Below are positions 36,242 through 60,606 of a DNA stretch of 64,000 nucleotides, in pieces; the first letter of the stretch is position 1, and each line of letters starts with the position of its first letter. Both the position numbers and the translations under genes were made by a program. The notes below the pieces were generated by a model that was not told the DNA's origin, did no database searches, and was given only the letters and a program-made list of their open reading frames with translations. Where the stretch lies: the NCBI RefSeq assembly GCF_009914755.1, contig NC_060925.1; one strand, 5' to 3'. The stretch comes from the human T2T-CHM13v2.0 reference genome, Homo sapiens.

Positions 36242-37043
36242 TGCCCCAGAGGCTTGATTAGATTCAGGGTCAACTTCTTTGGTAAGAATACTTCATGGTG
36301 CCATAGGAAACACACCATATCTGGTCATCTCATTTTTTGATCCTAAAATTCATTGGTGGGTTTGGGTGAGCCATTTTGCTTTTTTAACAAGATAGTACAA
36401 ACACTTCTTGCTGTTAGTAGTTGTCAGCATAACAGTTTCACCATCTTTATCAGTGTTTTGTGGTGTTTTCAATTTTTCCTAATCAACAGGAGGAAGACAT
36501 CTTATTGTTTACTTTTAAATTCCCTTTATAGTTGTGCTATTTTACATTTTTCTGTGTGTTCACTTGTTTTATCTGTCTCTCATCAATTTCTTTTGACCCA
36601 TACCTATTTGATTTTTTTGATGACCTTTGGAATGAATTTGGACAAAATCCTTAGGTAATGTAGATTTTAAGCTTTTCTCACTCAGTACTTTGTCCATTCT
36701 TTGTTGCTTTTTACCCTTCATTATGCCATCTTTTATGTATTGAAGTAATTTTGATATTAGATAGTCTAATCTGGTGATCCTTTTCCTTGTCAAGCCTGGA
36801 CTTCTAGAATAATGGGAAAGAAATAGCACCAGAATTTGGAATCTTTTGAAGTTGAAGATGACTGCAGGATTCAGCTGCTTTTCTCTTTTATTTTGCCAAA
36901 AAGAAAAAAAAAGGCCTAGGGAAGTCATGACTTACCCATCTTTACACAATTAGTTGGGGCCAGAGTTGAAACCAGACACTAACTCTCCAAAATCTTTTTT
37001 CCCTCCTCATTCTATCACTATCTCTAATGAGTGACTTAGTTAA

Positions 37044-38478
<1,435 letters not shown>

Positions 38479-38555
38479 AACTTTGAGAATTTAAAGTATT
38501 ATTGTTGTTTAAGAGTAAAAAATGATCTGATTTTGACCAATATTTTGCCCAACAG

Positions 38556-38681
38556 GAAGCCAGCAGACCTGCAGAACTTGGCTCCCGGGACCCACCCACC
38601 ATTTATAACTTTCAACAGTGAAGTCAAAACGGATGTAAATAAGATTGAGGAATTTCTTGAAGAAGTCTTATGCCCTCCCAA
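38556..38681 (+). CDS. CLIC4: CLIC4 coding exon 3 ([42 protein letters not shown])
   Basis: aacag acceptor, aa|gtgagt donor, 126 nt, phase 2/2, in frame with exon 2. Confidence 0.98.
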
Positions 38682-39453
38682 GTGAGTATCAAGGAAAATA
38701 CGTATGAAAATATTGTCACTTCTTTGAAGCTTGTGTTATTTGTCAGTAGAGATCTTTCTCGCAGCATTAATTTGGAATGACTAGGACTCTCTTCTATGTT
38801 TCTTATAATTAATGCTACACAGATATAAGAATTGGCTTCCAGCTAGGCCAATCAGCCATACTAAGAAAGGTGGGGATTTGTCTAAGCTGTAGAATATGTG
38901 GTAGAAACAGATTTGGGATGTGTCTGATAGGTCAGGAAAGACTGGTTATTTGTGGACTGTAGGTCTCAAACTGAGAGAGAAGTTTAAAGAGGAGAAGGGG
39001 TGGGGAAAGACACATTCCAACTGAACCCAGTAAGAATGTCTTAGCAGGAGTGTGGCACAGGACTGCAATGAGATTTGATTTCAGTTCATTTTAAAGGTAA
39101 CTTTCTAAAGCTATAATCCAAGGACATTGACTTTTCCGACTGTGTCCCTAGGATTCAGAGTTTTTATTTACTTACTTCTTTGAGGTGTTCCAGATCTCTA
39201 GGTCCTGGATGTACTGTAATGATAGTTACCTAAATTGCAGATATGCAGCTTTGCATCATACTGTAATATTGGCATAGATTCAAAGCATTATTTGTTTCTT
39301 TTAGGCTTTTCCAGTTTCATTATCCTGAAAATTGACATGTTTTGTTTCTACTGACCAAAACCTTTCTTACTGGTTAACTTGACTGTTGCCCTCCATGTCC
39401 AGATATATTTTCCAGGAATGGGATTATTGAGATGGAGGGTTCTAAAATAATTA

Positions 39454-43084
<3,631 letters not shown>

Positions 43085-43837
43085 TGATTTATTCATTCTG
43101 TAAAGCATTAATGGACTACAAAGCACTGTGAATATATTAGTAAATAAAACACAGTTCTTGCCCTCAACAAGTACAGTCATGTATGGGTGGAGAGGTGTTT
43201 ATGGTGGTGGGACGGGGAAGTGAATGGAATCAGGAAAGGCTTTAGAGAAGAGAGAACACTTGAACTGTCTTAATTTAAAAAAAAAAAAGAAAAAAGATGT
43301 TCAGCAGTTGAACAAAGGAGTGACAGGTATTCCAGAGCAGAAGAGTCATTTTAAATCAATAGTATAAACATATATGTTATACACATACTATACAGAAATA
43401 GTATGTAATGTATATTATTATTAATATTATATGTATATTTGGGGGAGACTTGGAGTGGCTGGAATGTGATGTGCATGGTTGGGATGGTAGGCAGGAAGGC
43501 TGATGAGCAACAACACCTCTGTCTATAACTAGCTTCTCATCTGTTGTGAGCAGAATTGCCCTCTGGTTAACAATCTTGTGCTAAGCCTAATATTTTATTT
43601 TCTTAATTCTTTTTTTCTACTAAAATTCTACAAGCCTATCCTCTACTATCCTTCCTGCCCTTCTAAGAGCCTGGAGCTTCTTTTTTTCTCTACCTTCCCA
43701 GGAGTCCTAACCTTCCTTTCATCCCCAGTAAAGTATCTCCAGACCAACATTAAGAAAACCATGTCTTGATTTTTCCTTCAGGCCATGCATATAATTAGAA
43801 TGCCAATAAATCAAAGCTAGGATATTTGTGAATATAA

Positions 43838-45056
<1,219 letters not shown>

Positions 45057-45364
45057 CTTTTTAGTCTTAAAAGTGTCAGCTCAGAGGTAGGTTCCATATT
45101 TGCCAACTTGCTCTCAGACACTAACTGAAAATGATCTTCCTCTCATGTCACTGTAGATCATTGTATCAACATTAAATTATAAATGGAGAAGTAGTTTGAA
45201 TTATTATTCATTATGAAGGAAACTATTTTGTTTTAAAGTATTGTCTGAAGTGCTTATTATATAAATTCTTCCAAGTATATATAAGTTTTTAAAATTAGTG
45301 TGCTGAAAACATACATATGACTTTAGTTAAATGGACATTTCCTCATATTCTCTTACATCCTTCA

Positions 45365-45783
<419 letters not shown>

Positions 45784-46019
45784 TTAGCATCTAATGCTCT
45801 GTAAGACATCATAGCTTTAAATTGGACCTTGAAAACAAACATTTTCATATTGCTTTTTTATATAAAAATTCTAGCCCCATTATATTTGAGCATATTCATA
45901 GAAACATTGTAACCAGAGATGGTCTTTTTCATTCAGTTTAAATACATAGGAATCTTTGTGTTATAAATGTTCATAGTGTGCCAAATCCCCTGTAGGGGTA
46001 AAAATTTTTACTTCTTCTT

Positions 46020-46373
46020 TGTTTTTTCTTTGTTTTGTTCTGTTTTTGTTTAGAGACAGGGTCTCACTCCTTGCTCTGTCACCCAGGCTGGAATGCGGTG
46101 GTGCAATCTTACCTCACTGCAGCCTCAACCTCCCAGGCTCATAATCCTCCTGCCTCAGCCTCTTGAGTAGCTGGGAGTACAGGTGCACACCACCACGCCT
46201 GGCTAATTTTTGTATTTTTTTTGTTGAGAGTAAGATCACTTTCAATTGGAGTCTGAGAACAGGGTCTCGCCGTGTTACCCAAGCTGTTGCCTTGAACTCC
46301 TGGGCTCAAGCCATCTGCCCACCTCAGCCTCCCAAAGTGCTGGGATTACAGGCGTGAGCCACCGTGCCTGGCC
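46020..46373 (-). mobile_element. Alu (J-like) with a ~30-bp non-Alu insert near the linker
   Basis: Antisense Alu interrupted by gagtaagatcactttcaattggagtctgagaac. Confidence 0.85.
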
Positions 46374-46817
46374 AGGGATTGTTTTTGATGCTGCTTATCC
46401 CTCTGCTGTTATTAATAACACTCAAGTACTAATTATGCACCATGCATTGTGCTTTGTGGGTTATTTTGTGGATTATCTCTGTTAATCCTCACAAAGACTT
46501 TGTGAAGAAACTGAAGATGTAATCCAAATAATTTGTCCAAGGTTTCACAGTTAATGGTGGCAGAGCAGGGATACTTTTGAAGCCACATCAATATGACTTC
46601 AAAAATCTGTGTTTCATCTGTTCTCTGCTTTCTGCTTCTTATTTTATTGGGTTTGGCTTTTGTAAAAGAGGGAAAATGTTAAATCTTTAATTGGGATTGT
46701 GCTTTAATGAGTACAAAATTGAAAGCTAGCTCAAGTTTAGAGGAAAGGTAGGAGAGAAATCAAAGATAGTTTACTTGACTGTGAACAAGTGGGACCAAAG
46801 GTGGTTATTAAACTTAA

Positions 46818-47122
<305 letters not shown>

Positions 47123-47978
47123 CTTACTTAATTCAGTGAATGCTTTGAAAAAGCAGGTGAATCTTAACTCTTCTGATGAATTTTTATTTATTTGTATGCA
47201 TTGAAACAGCATGTTTGAAGTGGGAATGTCGCCTTCTTAGTGGGCTCTATGGACCCAGAATGTGAAATGCTAATTAATTAGCATAATTTTCATCATGCAG
47301 AATTGTTTCTAGGGGATGAGTGGGAGGAGGAAGAGTTTCTGGGATCACAAGCTGCATTTATTTTCCTTCCCTCTATTGTGCTATATTGTTCTAGGGCACC
47401 CAGGGACCATTCTGTCTCACTGCCTTTTCCTTCCAGAACAAGGAGGTCTCAGGTCTTTATTGCTAGTCTTCTTCAGGCTCTGCTTGTAAGACTGTTTCTA
47501 AATAGGATAAGGAGAAAAAGGAGAAGAATTGTGCAAGCTTGTAGACTGGAATCTAGCATTTCTAATAACATGTTTTTGTCATTTGATGTACTGAGAACTG
47601 AGTGGTTTTTTGTGAACACTTCCTGATTTAATCATGACAAATATAAATACAGGCAATTGTCTATTCTAGAGTTGCTTAACATTGAGAGGCTAATGAAAAG
47701 CTCAAATCAGATAACTTTTACTGGTATGTGTGGCTATAGGTTTTAAAGTGAACTTTTTCTTCTTCTCTGGGGAAAGTATTTTTGTGTATGTTTTATAGTT
47801 CTTGCTTGAATGAAGAAACCACTTTGCTAAAAAACTTTGAGACTTGGATTTTTAACTGAAACAGCCTAGATATACTTAGCTAACTTACTGATAAAAGGAT
47901 AAAATAGAAGGAAGCGAGATAAATTTGGAGGGGCATGCTGTAAAATGTTATTAAACCTTTTTTAAAAATGAGACATAC

Positions 47979-48281
<303 letters not shown>

Positions 48282-48764
48282 GACATACAAAAAAGGAATT
48301 TACAAGGCTAATCAGCCTTCATTTTTATATTTACACCAGAAAGGAGAAAATGCCTGAGATCTTTCCTAAAAGCATGGAAACATTCTTAGCTAGTCTAAAA
48401 TGTTAAGAGTCTGTGATGTAAGCAGAATTAAGGACTTATCTGAAAGTCTAAATACCCTGGGTGCTCATGTCTATTCTGTCATTGACACTTAGCCTTTTAT
48501 TATTTGCCTCCCTTTTGCTAAGTGTTAAAATGAGTTCTCACAATAATTGAAAACCATTGCTTGATCAAGCTATTTGCTAAAGCCAATAATAATGCATAAA
48601 TTACAATGTAATGTTTGGGGAAGATGCAAAAAAGTTGATTTTGAACCTACTGGTTTAGAATTTGATTTATCTTTTAGAGATAATCTAATCTGTAATAGAA
48701 ACAAACAAACAAACAAAAACACTAGACCTGGGGACAGGAGATTTCAGTTTTAGTTTGTCAATAC

Positions 48765-49055
48765 TTTTTTTTTTTGAGACGCAGTCTCGCTCTGTCACCC
48801 GGGCTGAGTGCAGTGGCATGATCTCTGCTCACTGCAACCTCTGCTTCCTGGTCTCAAGCAATTCTCCTGCCTCAGACTCCTGAGAAGCTGGGATTACAGG
48901 CACCCGCTACCATGCCTGGCTGATTTTTGTATTTTTAGTGGAGACAGAGTTTTGCCATGTTGGCCAGGCTAGTCTCGAACTCCTGACCTCAATTGATCCG
49001 CCCACCTTGGCATCCCAAAGTGCTGGGATTACAGGCATGAGCCACTGTGCTTGGT
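48765..49055 (-). mobile_element. Alu (Sx-like)
   Basis: Antisense Alu, TSD gtttgtcaatactttt. Confidence 0.92.
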
Positions 49056-49205
49056 CTCGTTTGTCAATACTTTTAATTAGCTGAGTGATTTGGGGGCCAA
49101 GTGTGTAAGCTTTCTGGAACATAATTTCCTTTTAGGTAAAATGAGAGATCTGAGGTGAACATTCTCTTATAGCTATACTATTCTGTGCATTAAATTAATA
49201 GTACA

Positions 49206-49484
49206 GGCTGGGTGCAGTGGCTCAGGCCTGTAATCCCAGCACTTTGGGAGGCTGAGGCAGGAGGATCACTTGAGCCCAGGAGTTCAACACTAGCCTGGGC
49301 AACATGGGGAAACCTCGTCTCTACAAAAAAATACAAAAAGCTAGCCAAGTGTGGTGGCACATGCCTGTAGTCCCAGCTACTCAGGAGGCTGAGGTGGGAG
49401 GATCGCTTGAGCCCAGGAGGTTGAGGCTGCAGTGAGCAAGATCCTGCCACTACACTCCACCCTGGGTGACAGAGGGAGACCCTG

Positions 49485-49540
<56 letters not shown>
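49206..49540 (+). mobile_element. Alu (J-like) whose tail is replaced by a (CA)~25 microsatellite (49486-49536)
   Basis: Alu body followed directly by a pure CA tract. Confidence 0.92.
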
Positions 49541-49541
<1 letters not shown>

Positions 49542-50984
49542 TACAAAATTAGTAATTCATCTCAGAGGGACAACAGGGCATATTACAAGAATTACACTGT
49601 ATGTATGAATGATGAATATATAAATGATCTGTAATTCAAGCCTGCCTTCCCGAAAATTATTTTAAGAACTATGAGGCTTACTTCATTAGTACAATTAGGT
49701 ACAGCTAAATAGTGGTTGCGGAAAAGGAGAATTTGGGAAACTTGGCTATAGGAAGACATAGATGTATTGAAAAGGCATTATGTTCACTGCGCTATTTTTT
49801 GTTTGAAATGAGTCAATGATGGTCCTGTATCACAAGCAGTACAAACATTTAAACTGGAGGCTTGTTTGTATAGTCAAGGAAAATCCAGGGATGGTGGATC
49901 TGTGATTAACTGTTTCAGCCCAGGCAGAAACAAAGAAAATGGAGAGGGTAAAGGGCCCTATAGTTGGCGATGTGTGGTTAATGTATGGCTAGATAGATAT
50001 AGATATCTAAATTCAGGTGAAACTCACTGTAATTTTTACAGAAAAACTCTTTATGTAAATAATTGTGTTTATAAGATAAATCTTTAAGCTTAAAAAATGA
50101 GAGCTATCTAGAGACTAGGTACACTTATTAAAAAAGATGTCTTGAGCACATAGGTGTTCCATAGATATTTTATATCTTCCTTACCAATATAGTACTCTGC
50201 CCAATATTTAGAAGATATATCTCTTCCTGAATTCAAAATAGTAAACAGAAGATACATGAATATAAAAGCTGAAACACAACTTGCAACTGAACTGAATTTT
50301 GAAAACTACTTCCCCTTCGTTTTTAAAGAAAGCTGGCAAGACAATGTCTTCAAATAAATGAGTTGAAATAATTAGTACACTGTAAGGTTTTTTCTAAAGT
50401 CTTATTGCTCCCAAGTCCATTTTCTAGTGACGTTTTGCAGGACCTTCAAGCTGATTAATCTTCCCTAAAATGGGGCTAAGAATCTGAATTCTTCTAGCCC
50501 TGACTCCTGGGGCTGACATGAGTCCTCCTAAAGGGAAGATGAATAATTGAGCTTTTTCATATATTTTCCAGTTTGAAGAAGAAATATACACAGAGTATGT
50601 GTGTTTTAAATCTAAACAGTGAAATATACATTTTTGTGTGTGTTTTAGAAAGCTGGTGTATTACATCTGTTCTAAAAGTAGAAAAATTTGACAACACAAT
50701 AGAACACTTGTCAGTGTGCTTTCTGACATCTCATTTTGTTGTTGTTCGGTGCTACCCTCATAAATATTCTAGGGAATGTGTAATATAAGGGAGGTTTTGG
50801 GAAATCCCAGGTGTAGGTTTCAAGCGATTGATCCGCCTCCTTTTGTTTTTGTCCTTAACCTGCTATGGGTGATCATGATGCTTGACCAGCCTAGGCGCTT
50901 TTCCTGCCGTTGGGGTTCTCTGGCTGGTTTAGTGCAGGACATACTAAGGATCTGGTTGGCACTGCTGTTTGAGAAGGCGCGTGA

Positions 50985-51177
50985 GCTGTGCTGTCTGGTG
51001 ACTACTGAGCACTTGAAATGTGACTAGTGCAACTGAGGAAGTGAATTTTTAATTTTGTTTGTGATTAATTTAAATTCATATTCAAATAGGTACATGGCAC
51101 TAGTGGCTACTGTACTGGACAATGAAGATAGAGAACATTTCCATCATCACAGAAAGTTCTCTTGGACAGCACTGCTC
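50985..51177. mobile_element. MER3-like hAT MITE
   Basis: gagcacttgaaatgtgactagtgcaactgagg...catcacagaaagttctcttggacagcactg. Confidence 0.7.
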
Positions 51178-51506
51178 TAGCAATCTCATTCCAAGACTCC
51201 CATTGGCCTGGCAGAAATCTCTGAACAAGTCAACTGTTTCCCCAGCATTCTAATTTATCAGATGGAGGTGGAGTGCACATGCCCTGTGGTTGCCAAGAAT
51301 ATTAATATGTGAACAAAAACATAGTGCAGAGCTTTGTCTCGTAAGGAAAAAACAGTTTTTAAAAATACCATAGAAAACAAATGATGGTATTTCTTATAGT
51401 AATAACTATTAAAAGACGTCTAGTAACTGCTAGCATGGTGGTTTGAGAGAACTTATGCTAATTCATCTTTGAAGGATCTATAATCCATATCACTTTTTCT
51501 ATTTAG

Positions 51507-51613
51507 GTACTTAAAGCTTTCACCAAAACACCCAGAATCAAATACTGCTGGAATGGACATCTTTGCCAAATTCTCTGCATATATCAAGAATTCAAGGCCA
51601 GAGGCTAATGAAG
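51507..51613 (+). CDS. CLIC4: CLIC4 coding exon 4 ([35 protein letters not shown])
   Basis: ttctatttag acceptor, gaag|gtaaaa donor, 107 nt, frame continuous. Confidence 0.98.
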
Positions 51614-54600
51614 GTAAAAAACAAAAACTTGAATTAACATTGCAACAAAAAACCCCAAACAACAACAGGCTGTTATTATGACAGTGATTATAAATGAATA
51701 CTTTAGAGTCCAGCCATTCCCATAAGTAATAAAAACTGTCTTTCAGAGTTGGTCAGAAATTGGACAATAAACTGGAATAAGTCCCTATGTTGCTATTTTT
51801 CCATGTTTCTAGCTAGTAGCACAGTATATAGTAAGTGTGTGATAAAATGCTTCTTGAATGAAGTTTATTTCATCTTATTTTGAGAAGTTACTGTGAAGGG
51901 AGCTAGGCAAAGAATTAATGGTGCATCAGAAACAGTGGATTGTGTGGTTGTGGTGGTTTAGCATAGATTGGTTGAGCTTAATTTAAACTGTAACTAAATG
52001 TTTATTGTTGAGTGCCTGCAGCCTAGAGTCAGTCTGAGGTTTTTTTTTTTTTTTTTTGCTTTGTTTTGTTTTTGTTGTTGTTGTTTTTGCTAATTACCCT
52101 TGAGCAATGTTTGGAGTTGCTTTAAGAGGGTAATTAGACATACTATCCTTCCAAATTTCTCTGCATCTTCAAGCTGGAATTTCATTTTCAAGTCATGTTT
52201 TCGCGGTAAGAGTTGTTTAGGTAGTACAGATGCAATTTTCTTTTATTTATTAAAGGACACTATTTTTATTATTTTATTCACCAAATGAATGTATAGTGTA
52301 GGGAGGTCTCTTTGGAAGAGGTTCCATTCAGTGAACCTTGTCTTAACTACAGCATTTAGTAATTTCCTTTTCTCTTCGGGATGTTAAGCAGAGTTCTCTC
52401 TGGGGAAAACTGTGTAGCACACATTAGTGTTTATTTGAAAGTAACCCAATAACCAAAAATGCTAGCTTCTAAAAATATTTATCATAGTTCCAGATAGTTT
52501 CCTAGCTTGAGTGGGATTCTTTTGAGAAGAAGTTTATGTCAGCAAATGAACAAGAATACCAAAGGGGAAAATATCAGTGCTGGTTAAACAAGAATGAATA
52601 TCTTTTTAAAAAGTGAAATACTTGCTAATTTCCTTATGTTATTTCAGTACTATTATTATAAAATGCTGCAATTTTAAAATTTAGTATTGGATTCCAATGT
52701 CTTTTGCTCTTGATTTTTGGAATAATACTTAACTACATGAAATGTTTTTCTACAGTGAAGGGAAAAAAGGGAAAAATGTTAGTGCTCAGGTCTGGCTTGT
52801 ATCTGTTAATAATGTATTCCAGTAGCTGCCATGGTTTGGAAGCAATTTTCTTTAGTAATTGGCTTTTTTTTTTCCTGACTAATGTTTCTGTCTAAGCAAT
52901 TTATACATTAAGCAAGTGGTTATGTTGGAGCCCCTCCTTTCCACAGACAGTGTCTTTTCTGTTCTGCGCTTCATGCGAGCTAACTGTTCTTTTCATAAAA
53001 CTACCCTTTTATACTTAGATGCCCCTGCTGCATACTTCTTTGAACAATCTTAGTTACAGTTATGTTTTTATTTTTCCATGTGGTTTTTTGGGAGTTGGAG
53101 GGTGGTTAAATTTCTTCTGACACTTAGTGGGGAGGAGAAAGGAATAAAATGTGTTTGCTTCCCCTTTGAGGGATGAGGATGGGGCGGGGTGGGGGTGGGG
53201 CGGGAATAAAAAGGTTAGAAAGTGACTCATTTAAGTATAACTTTGTATTCTATTTTTTCCCTATCAATTTGTTATTATCTTAAGTAGCCACCTACTCTTC
53301 CTGTCCTCAGAATGCTGTAACCAATAAGAACAAACAACATAATATAATACATGGTACATAATCTAGAAGGCTTTATATTAAATTACCTGCTGGTAAATAA
53401 AAGTTCCAGTTGCCAAGCAACTTCTCTCCACAGGGACCTGTTGAGGCCATGACACTTTAGAAAACAATATTTCAAATCACTTTGGAGCTTAATGGGCCCT
53501 CCTTATGTATGTTTGCCGCAGGCCTCAGATCCATTTAGTGCAATCAAATGCCTTTAGTAGTCCTAGGAAATTAGTGATTCTCCTTTTTATTTCCCCCAAC
53601 CCCCACCCAGATGCTGACAATTTACACAGAGATGAATTTGTCGTTTTACATGGTAAATCAGAGTAGACAAGTCTGATTAGTTTTACCACCTATTAAATAT
53701 TTTCAAAATCCAATATGTTTGGACAATTTTAAGACCTTTTAGGACTTAATTCTAAGTAAGGGATTCAATGCCTGAATGCTACAGTTTTGGGCTAATGAAA
53801 CTGAAATAGAAGGGCTAGTGGTTAGGTTGGGGTACAAAGTAAACAAGTAAAATGTGAAGAATAAAGGGAGAGACACTGATGATAGATAGATAACACATAT
53901 ATAATTCTTTTGATAACACGTTCAAGTTGATTGGGAGTAAAAGTTTATGTAACCATTTAGGCAGTCAAAGAGAAGCTCATGGGTAATTTCTTTTGTGGGG
54001 ATGTATTAAGTATGACCTGTCCCCAGATCTCCTACTTTTTTTAAGTTCTGTGATGGCATTAATTTATGTAATTTGCTAAGGTCCCAACTGTGACTAGTCA
54101 TTGATATTTATAATACTCAGTCATTGATATTTATAATACTCATAAAAGAGATGTGAACTTAGCATTGTTGAATGTACTCTGAGGCATATTTCATGATGTC
54201 CAAATTCCTATATTTAGATGGAGGCAAGGAATCTAGAGGTTCTGATTAGTTCCTTTTTATTCAGGATCCTCTCCTTTCTCCTCTCCCCACTACTCCTGCC
54301 TTTCTCTCTGGAAAAGTGTTGGAAGTCAGAGGATGGTTGTGCATTATTGTAGCAGTAAGCCTGCATTGTATATTGAATTATCTTTAAATACCCATTACCT
54401 CTTTCTATTTTCCACTGATGTGTAACTTAGCCTTAAAACTTGTTTGTATAAGGTTACCCTTTATTAAGACTGCGGTAGGTAGCTTGAAAATATGGTTTTA
54501 TCCATGTCAGTGCTTACAATTTTTAGTCTTTGTTTTAGTCATTGTAAATTATCTTGTTTTTCAATAACCGAAGTGCTCTTATTACATTTAATGTTTTCTG

Positions 54601-55724
54601 CCTTGAATTTTACTCATTCAAATCATACAAATAACAGAGAATACATGATTGTTGAAAAAGTTAAAATAGTATAGAAATAAATTTAATAAAACTTAATTGC
54701 CCCTCTTTAATCACATTACATGACCTCTTCAACAATTTAGTGTTCTTTTTTCTATGTAATTTTGCAAACATTTCTGTAAGTACGTATTATGTACATACAT
54801 TATGCAGTTATACTTTTCACTTATATGGTAGAAATGCTTCTATATCAAAATATAGATCTACCTCAATTTTTAGAAATTCTGCTTTGTATTTTATAATATG
54901 GATTTTCATTTAACCATTTCCATGTTGATAGACATCTAGATTGTCTCAAGTTTTTTTTTTTTCTTCACTATAATAAACAATGCTGCTGGTGAATGTCCTT
55001 GAGCTAGATTCCAAATAGTTCAAAAAGTTTGTGCATTTTAAATTTTGCTCTATTTTGCTAAATTGTTCTCCAAAAGTCTATACCAGTTTATATTCCCACA
55101 AACATGAAAGTATTCATTACCCTACACTTAGGACCCTGGTGTGTGTTAATCTTTGTAATTTTGCTGTGTTCTCTTAGACAAGAAAGGGTGTTTTGACTTT
55201 CATAATTACTTTTAAACTGATTTTGTTGCTCTGTTGCACTTAAAAATTTTTTGAGAGCTTTATGAAATAGCTTCTTAGGGATACCAGCATTACTACATCG
55301 GGGTATTGGAGAATAATAGTGCTACTTATTAGCTATAAGACAGGGAGCTACTTTGTGATGGCTTGCTACTGCCTTCTAGTGGTTAATTTTGACATTTTCT
55401 TTATATTTACATACTCCTTTGTGATGATTGGTCTTGAAAACTGTATTGTGTTTATTGAATGATGCTGTTTAGTACTTTTTGATATTTCTGTTTGTGTTTG
55501 TTTTATTGGCCATACCTTATGTTGATACATATAATTGTATCAAACTAATTCATCATTCTTTGTTTTCATTAATATACCCTTGTTATGACATTCTTAACTA
55601 TGAAAAATTACTAACACCGTAGTCAGGTATAGCAATTCGACTTCATCAGAAGTGCTTTGCTAAGTACAAAATTATAGAGAAAACAGTCATTGTAATGTTA
55701 TGCTAGACTCTTAATTTTCTTTTG

Positions 55725-55857
55725 AAAAAAATTTATTTAAATGAGACAAGGTCTCACCACATTGCCCAGGCTGGTCTTGACCTCCTGGACTCAAGCAATC
55801 CACCCAGCTTGGCCTCCCAAAGTGCTGAGATTACAGGCGTGAACCACTGTGTCTTGC
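55725..55857 (-). mobile_element. FLAM / Alu left monomer
   Basis: Antisense monomer. Confidence 0.8.
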
Positions 55858-56067
55858 ACTGACGAATACTATGTTATAAACCTTGTAAATTTAGGATATT
55901 TGATTTTTATATATATAATTCAGGAAAAACATTAATTTAGAGCAGGTCTAAGGTTAAACATTTGCTCAAAAACTTGTCAAAACACTCAAATAGCATTTGA
56001 GACAATAATTCAGTGTTTGAATTCAGGCAACATTATCTTCCCCACAGACTGATTCCATTCATTGTAA

Positions 56068-56450
<383 letters not shown>

Positions 56451-56781
56451 TAATAAGAAGCATATTAACTCTTGTTTTACAACCTTGAGATTCTGCTCTC
56501 TCCTCTTCTCTTTTTTCCTCTTAAATATACCCATAGAAAGTGTTTCATCGTTTCCTGGAATTCTTACTGACCTAGCTGTTTCTCACATTGTATTCTCCTG
56601 TTAATTTATAAACTTTACATTTCAGCTAACTATATGCATTATTGCTGGCCTGAATATAATTAATAAAAATTTATGTTTATTATTTTATGTTTTTGATTTT
56701 TTATTTTTAAGTGGCTTGTTTCTCTTGTCACTTCTGTAGTTGAGCTCTGCTAATGTCTCAACTTTATTTTACTGGGTTCCA

Positions 56782-56795
56782 GTGCCCTCTGCTGG
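56782..56795 (-). promoter_or_regulatory. Candidate CTCF motif (CCAGCAGAGGGCAC on minus strand)
   Basis: Close match to the CTCF core consensus; motif evidence only. Confidence 0.45.
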
Positions 56796-56954
56796 TTATG
56801 TTTCATCTAAGAAATAAGCTAACTTGATCATTGGCTATGGCTAGCATGATCCTTTAATAATAAAATGGGTAGATCTTTGACCTTGCCACTTATCACTTAG
56901 GTAGGTAACACATTCTAATTTGTTTGATATTTTCCTAAGTAAAAAATATTACCG

Positions 56955-57258
<304 letters not shown>

Positions 57259-57264
57259 TTTTAA

Positions 57265-59402
<2,138 letters not shown>

Positions 59403-59404
59403 TC

Positions 59405-59522
59405 TGGCCGGTTGCAGTGACTCACACCTGCAATCCCAGCACTTTGGGAGGACCAGGCAGGCGGATCACTTGAGGTCAGGAGTTCGAGATTAGCCTGGCT
59501 AACATGGTGAAACCCGGTCTTC
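59405..59522 (+). mobile_element. Abruptly truncated Alu left arm
   Basis: Alu 5' part with no linker or tail, fused to L2-like sequence. Confidence 0.8.
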
Positions 59523-60379
59523 TCCGCAGACTATTCCTCCTACCTATCCTTTAAATGATGTTCCTTAGGGCTTTCTCTAGGCCCTCTGCTTCTCCTTTAC
59601 TCCATGGTTTCGGTGTTCATTTATGTTCTCATAACTTCTAAACACGTTGCTCCAGCTCAGTGCGTGACACTTGAAACCATATTTGTCTGTCTATTGGACA
59701 TCTCTACTCACATGTCTTACAGGCACCTCAAACTCAGCATGAACTCATCTCCGTAGCCCCTAAATCGGTTTCTCCTTGGGAAGGTAAATGGCTCAGTAAA
59801 TGACACCAGCATTCACCCTGGGAGTCTTTAGTTTGTTGACCAGCTTCTCTATACTACCCTCTGTCCCCAAGATCTAAACTCTCTGAGGATAGGAATGTAT
59901 TAGGTTTTATTCAACAGTGAATTTAACAATCCTTAGAATAAGACTTGGCATGTAGGAGGGGCTCAATTATATTTTGTTGAATACATCTTCCCCCCTTTCT
60001 CCATATTCACTTTGGTTTCTGAACTCTGTTAGTTTTTATTTCCTAAAATCCGTTCATTCCTTTTTATGCCTATAGCCCCTTACCTAACTAAGACTACCAT
60101 CTATTACCTGGACTACCATGAAGGGACCAAGGGCTGAGTGGGTGGCTGCAATTTGGAAGAAGAGGTTTGGGGTTAGGACATATGTACATTGCTGGTAAAA
60201 TATCTAAGATGCAGGCCTTTACCTTTTTCCTTAAAGGACACAACTGAATTCAGACTTAAAACTACATGGTTTGCCACCTCATGATATTTAACTTTCTTTT
60301 ATGGCCAGTTACCACAATCATCTGTGTAAGTTCATCTATTCTGAGAGTGAGGGGGAAGGTGGCTTTGGAAGGAAAGGAT

Positions 60380-60560
60380 AAGAAAGGATAATAGAAGATC
60401 TGTCTGTTGTTATTCCATATTTTTAATGACATTCCTACCCCCTTTCTGCTGAGGGCCACTAACCTTGACTTTCCAGATATACAGTGGTGCTCTGTCCCAC
60501 TTTAATGAATGCCATCAAAATATGGAATAACAACAGACAGATCTTCTATTATCCTTTCTT
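60380..60560. repeat. Perfect 44-bp inverted repeat (60380-60423 / 60517-60560)
   Basis: aagaaaggataatagaagatctgtctgttgttattccatatttt and its exact reverse complement. Confidence 0.93.
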
Positions 60561-60561
60561 C

Positions 60562-60606
60562 TGAATCATGACAATCAGAATCATGACAATCTGAATCATG
60601 ACAATC
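60562..60606. repeat. Three tandem copies of a 15-bp unit (t/a)gaatcatgacaatc
   Basis: Read directly from sequence. Confidence 0.9.
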
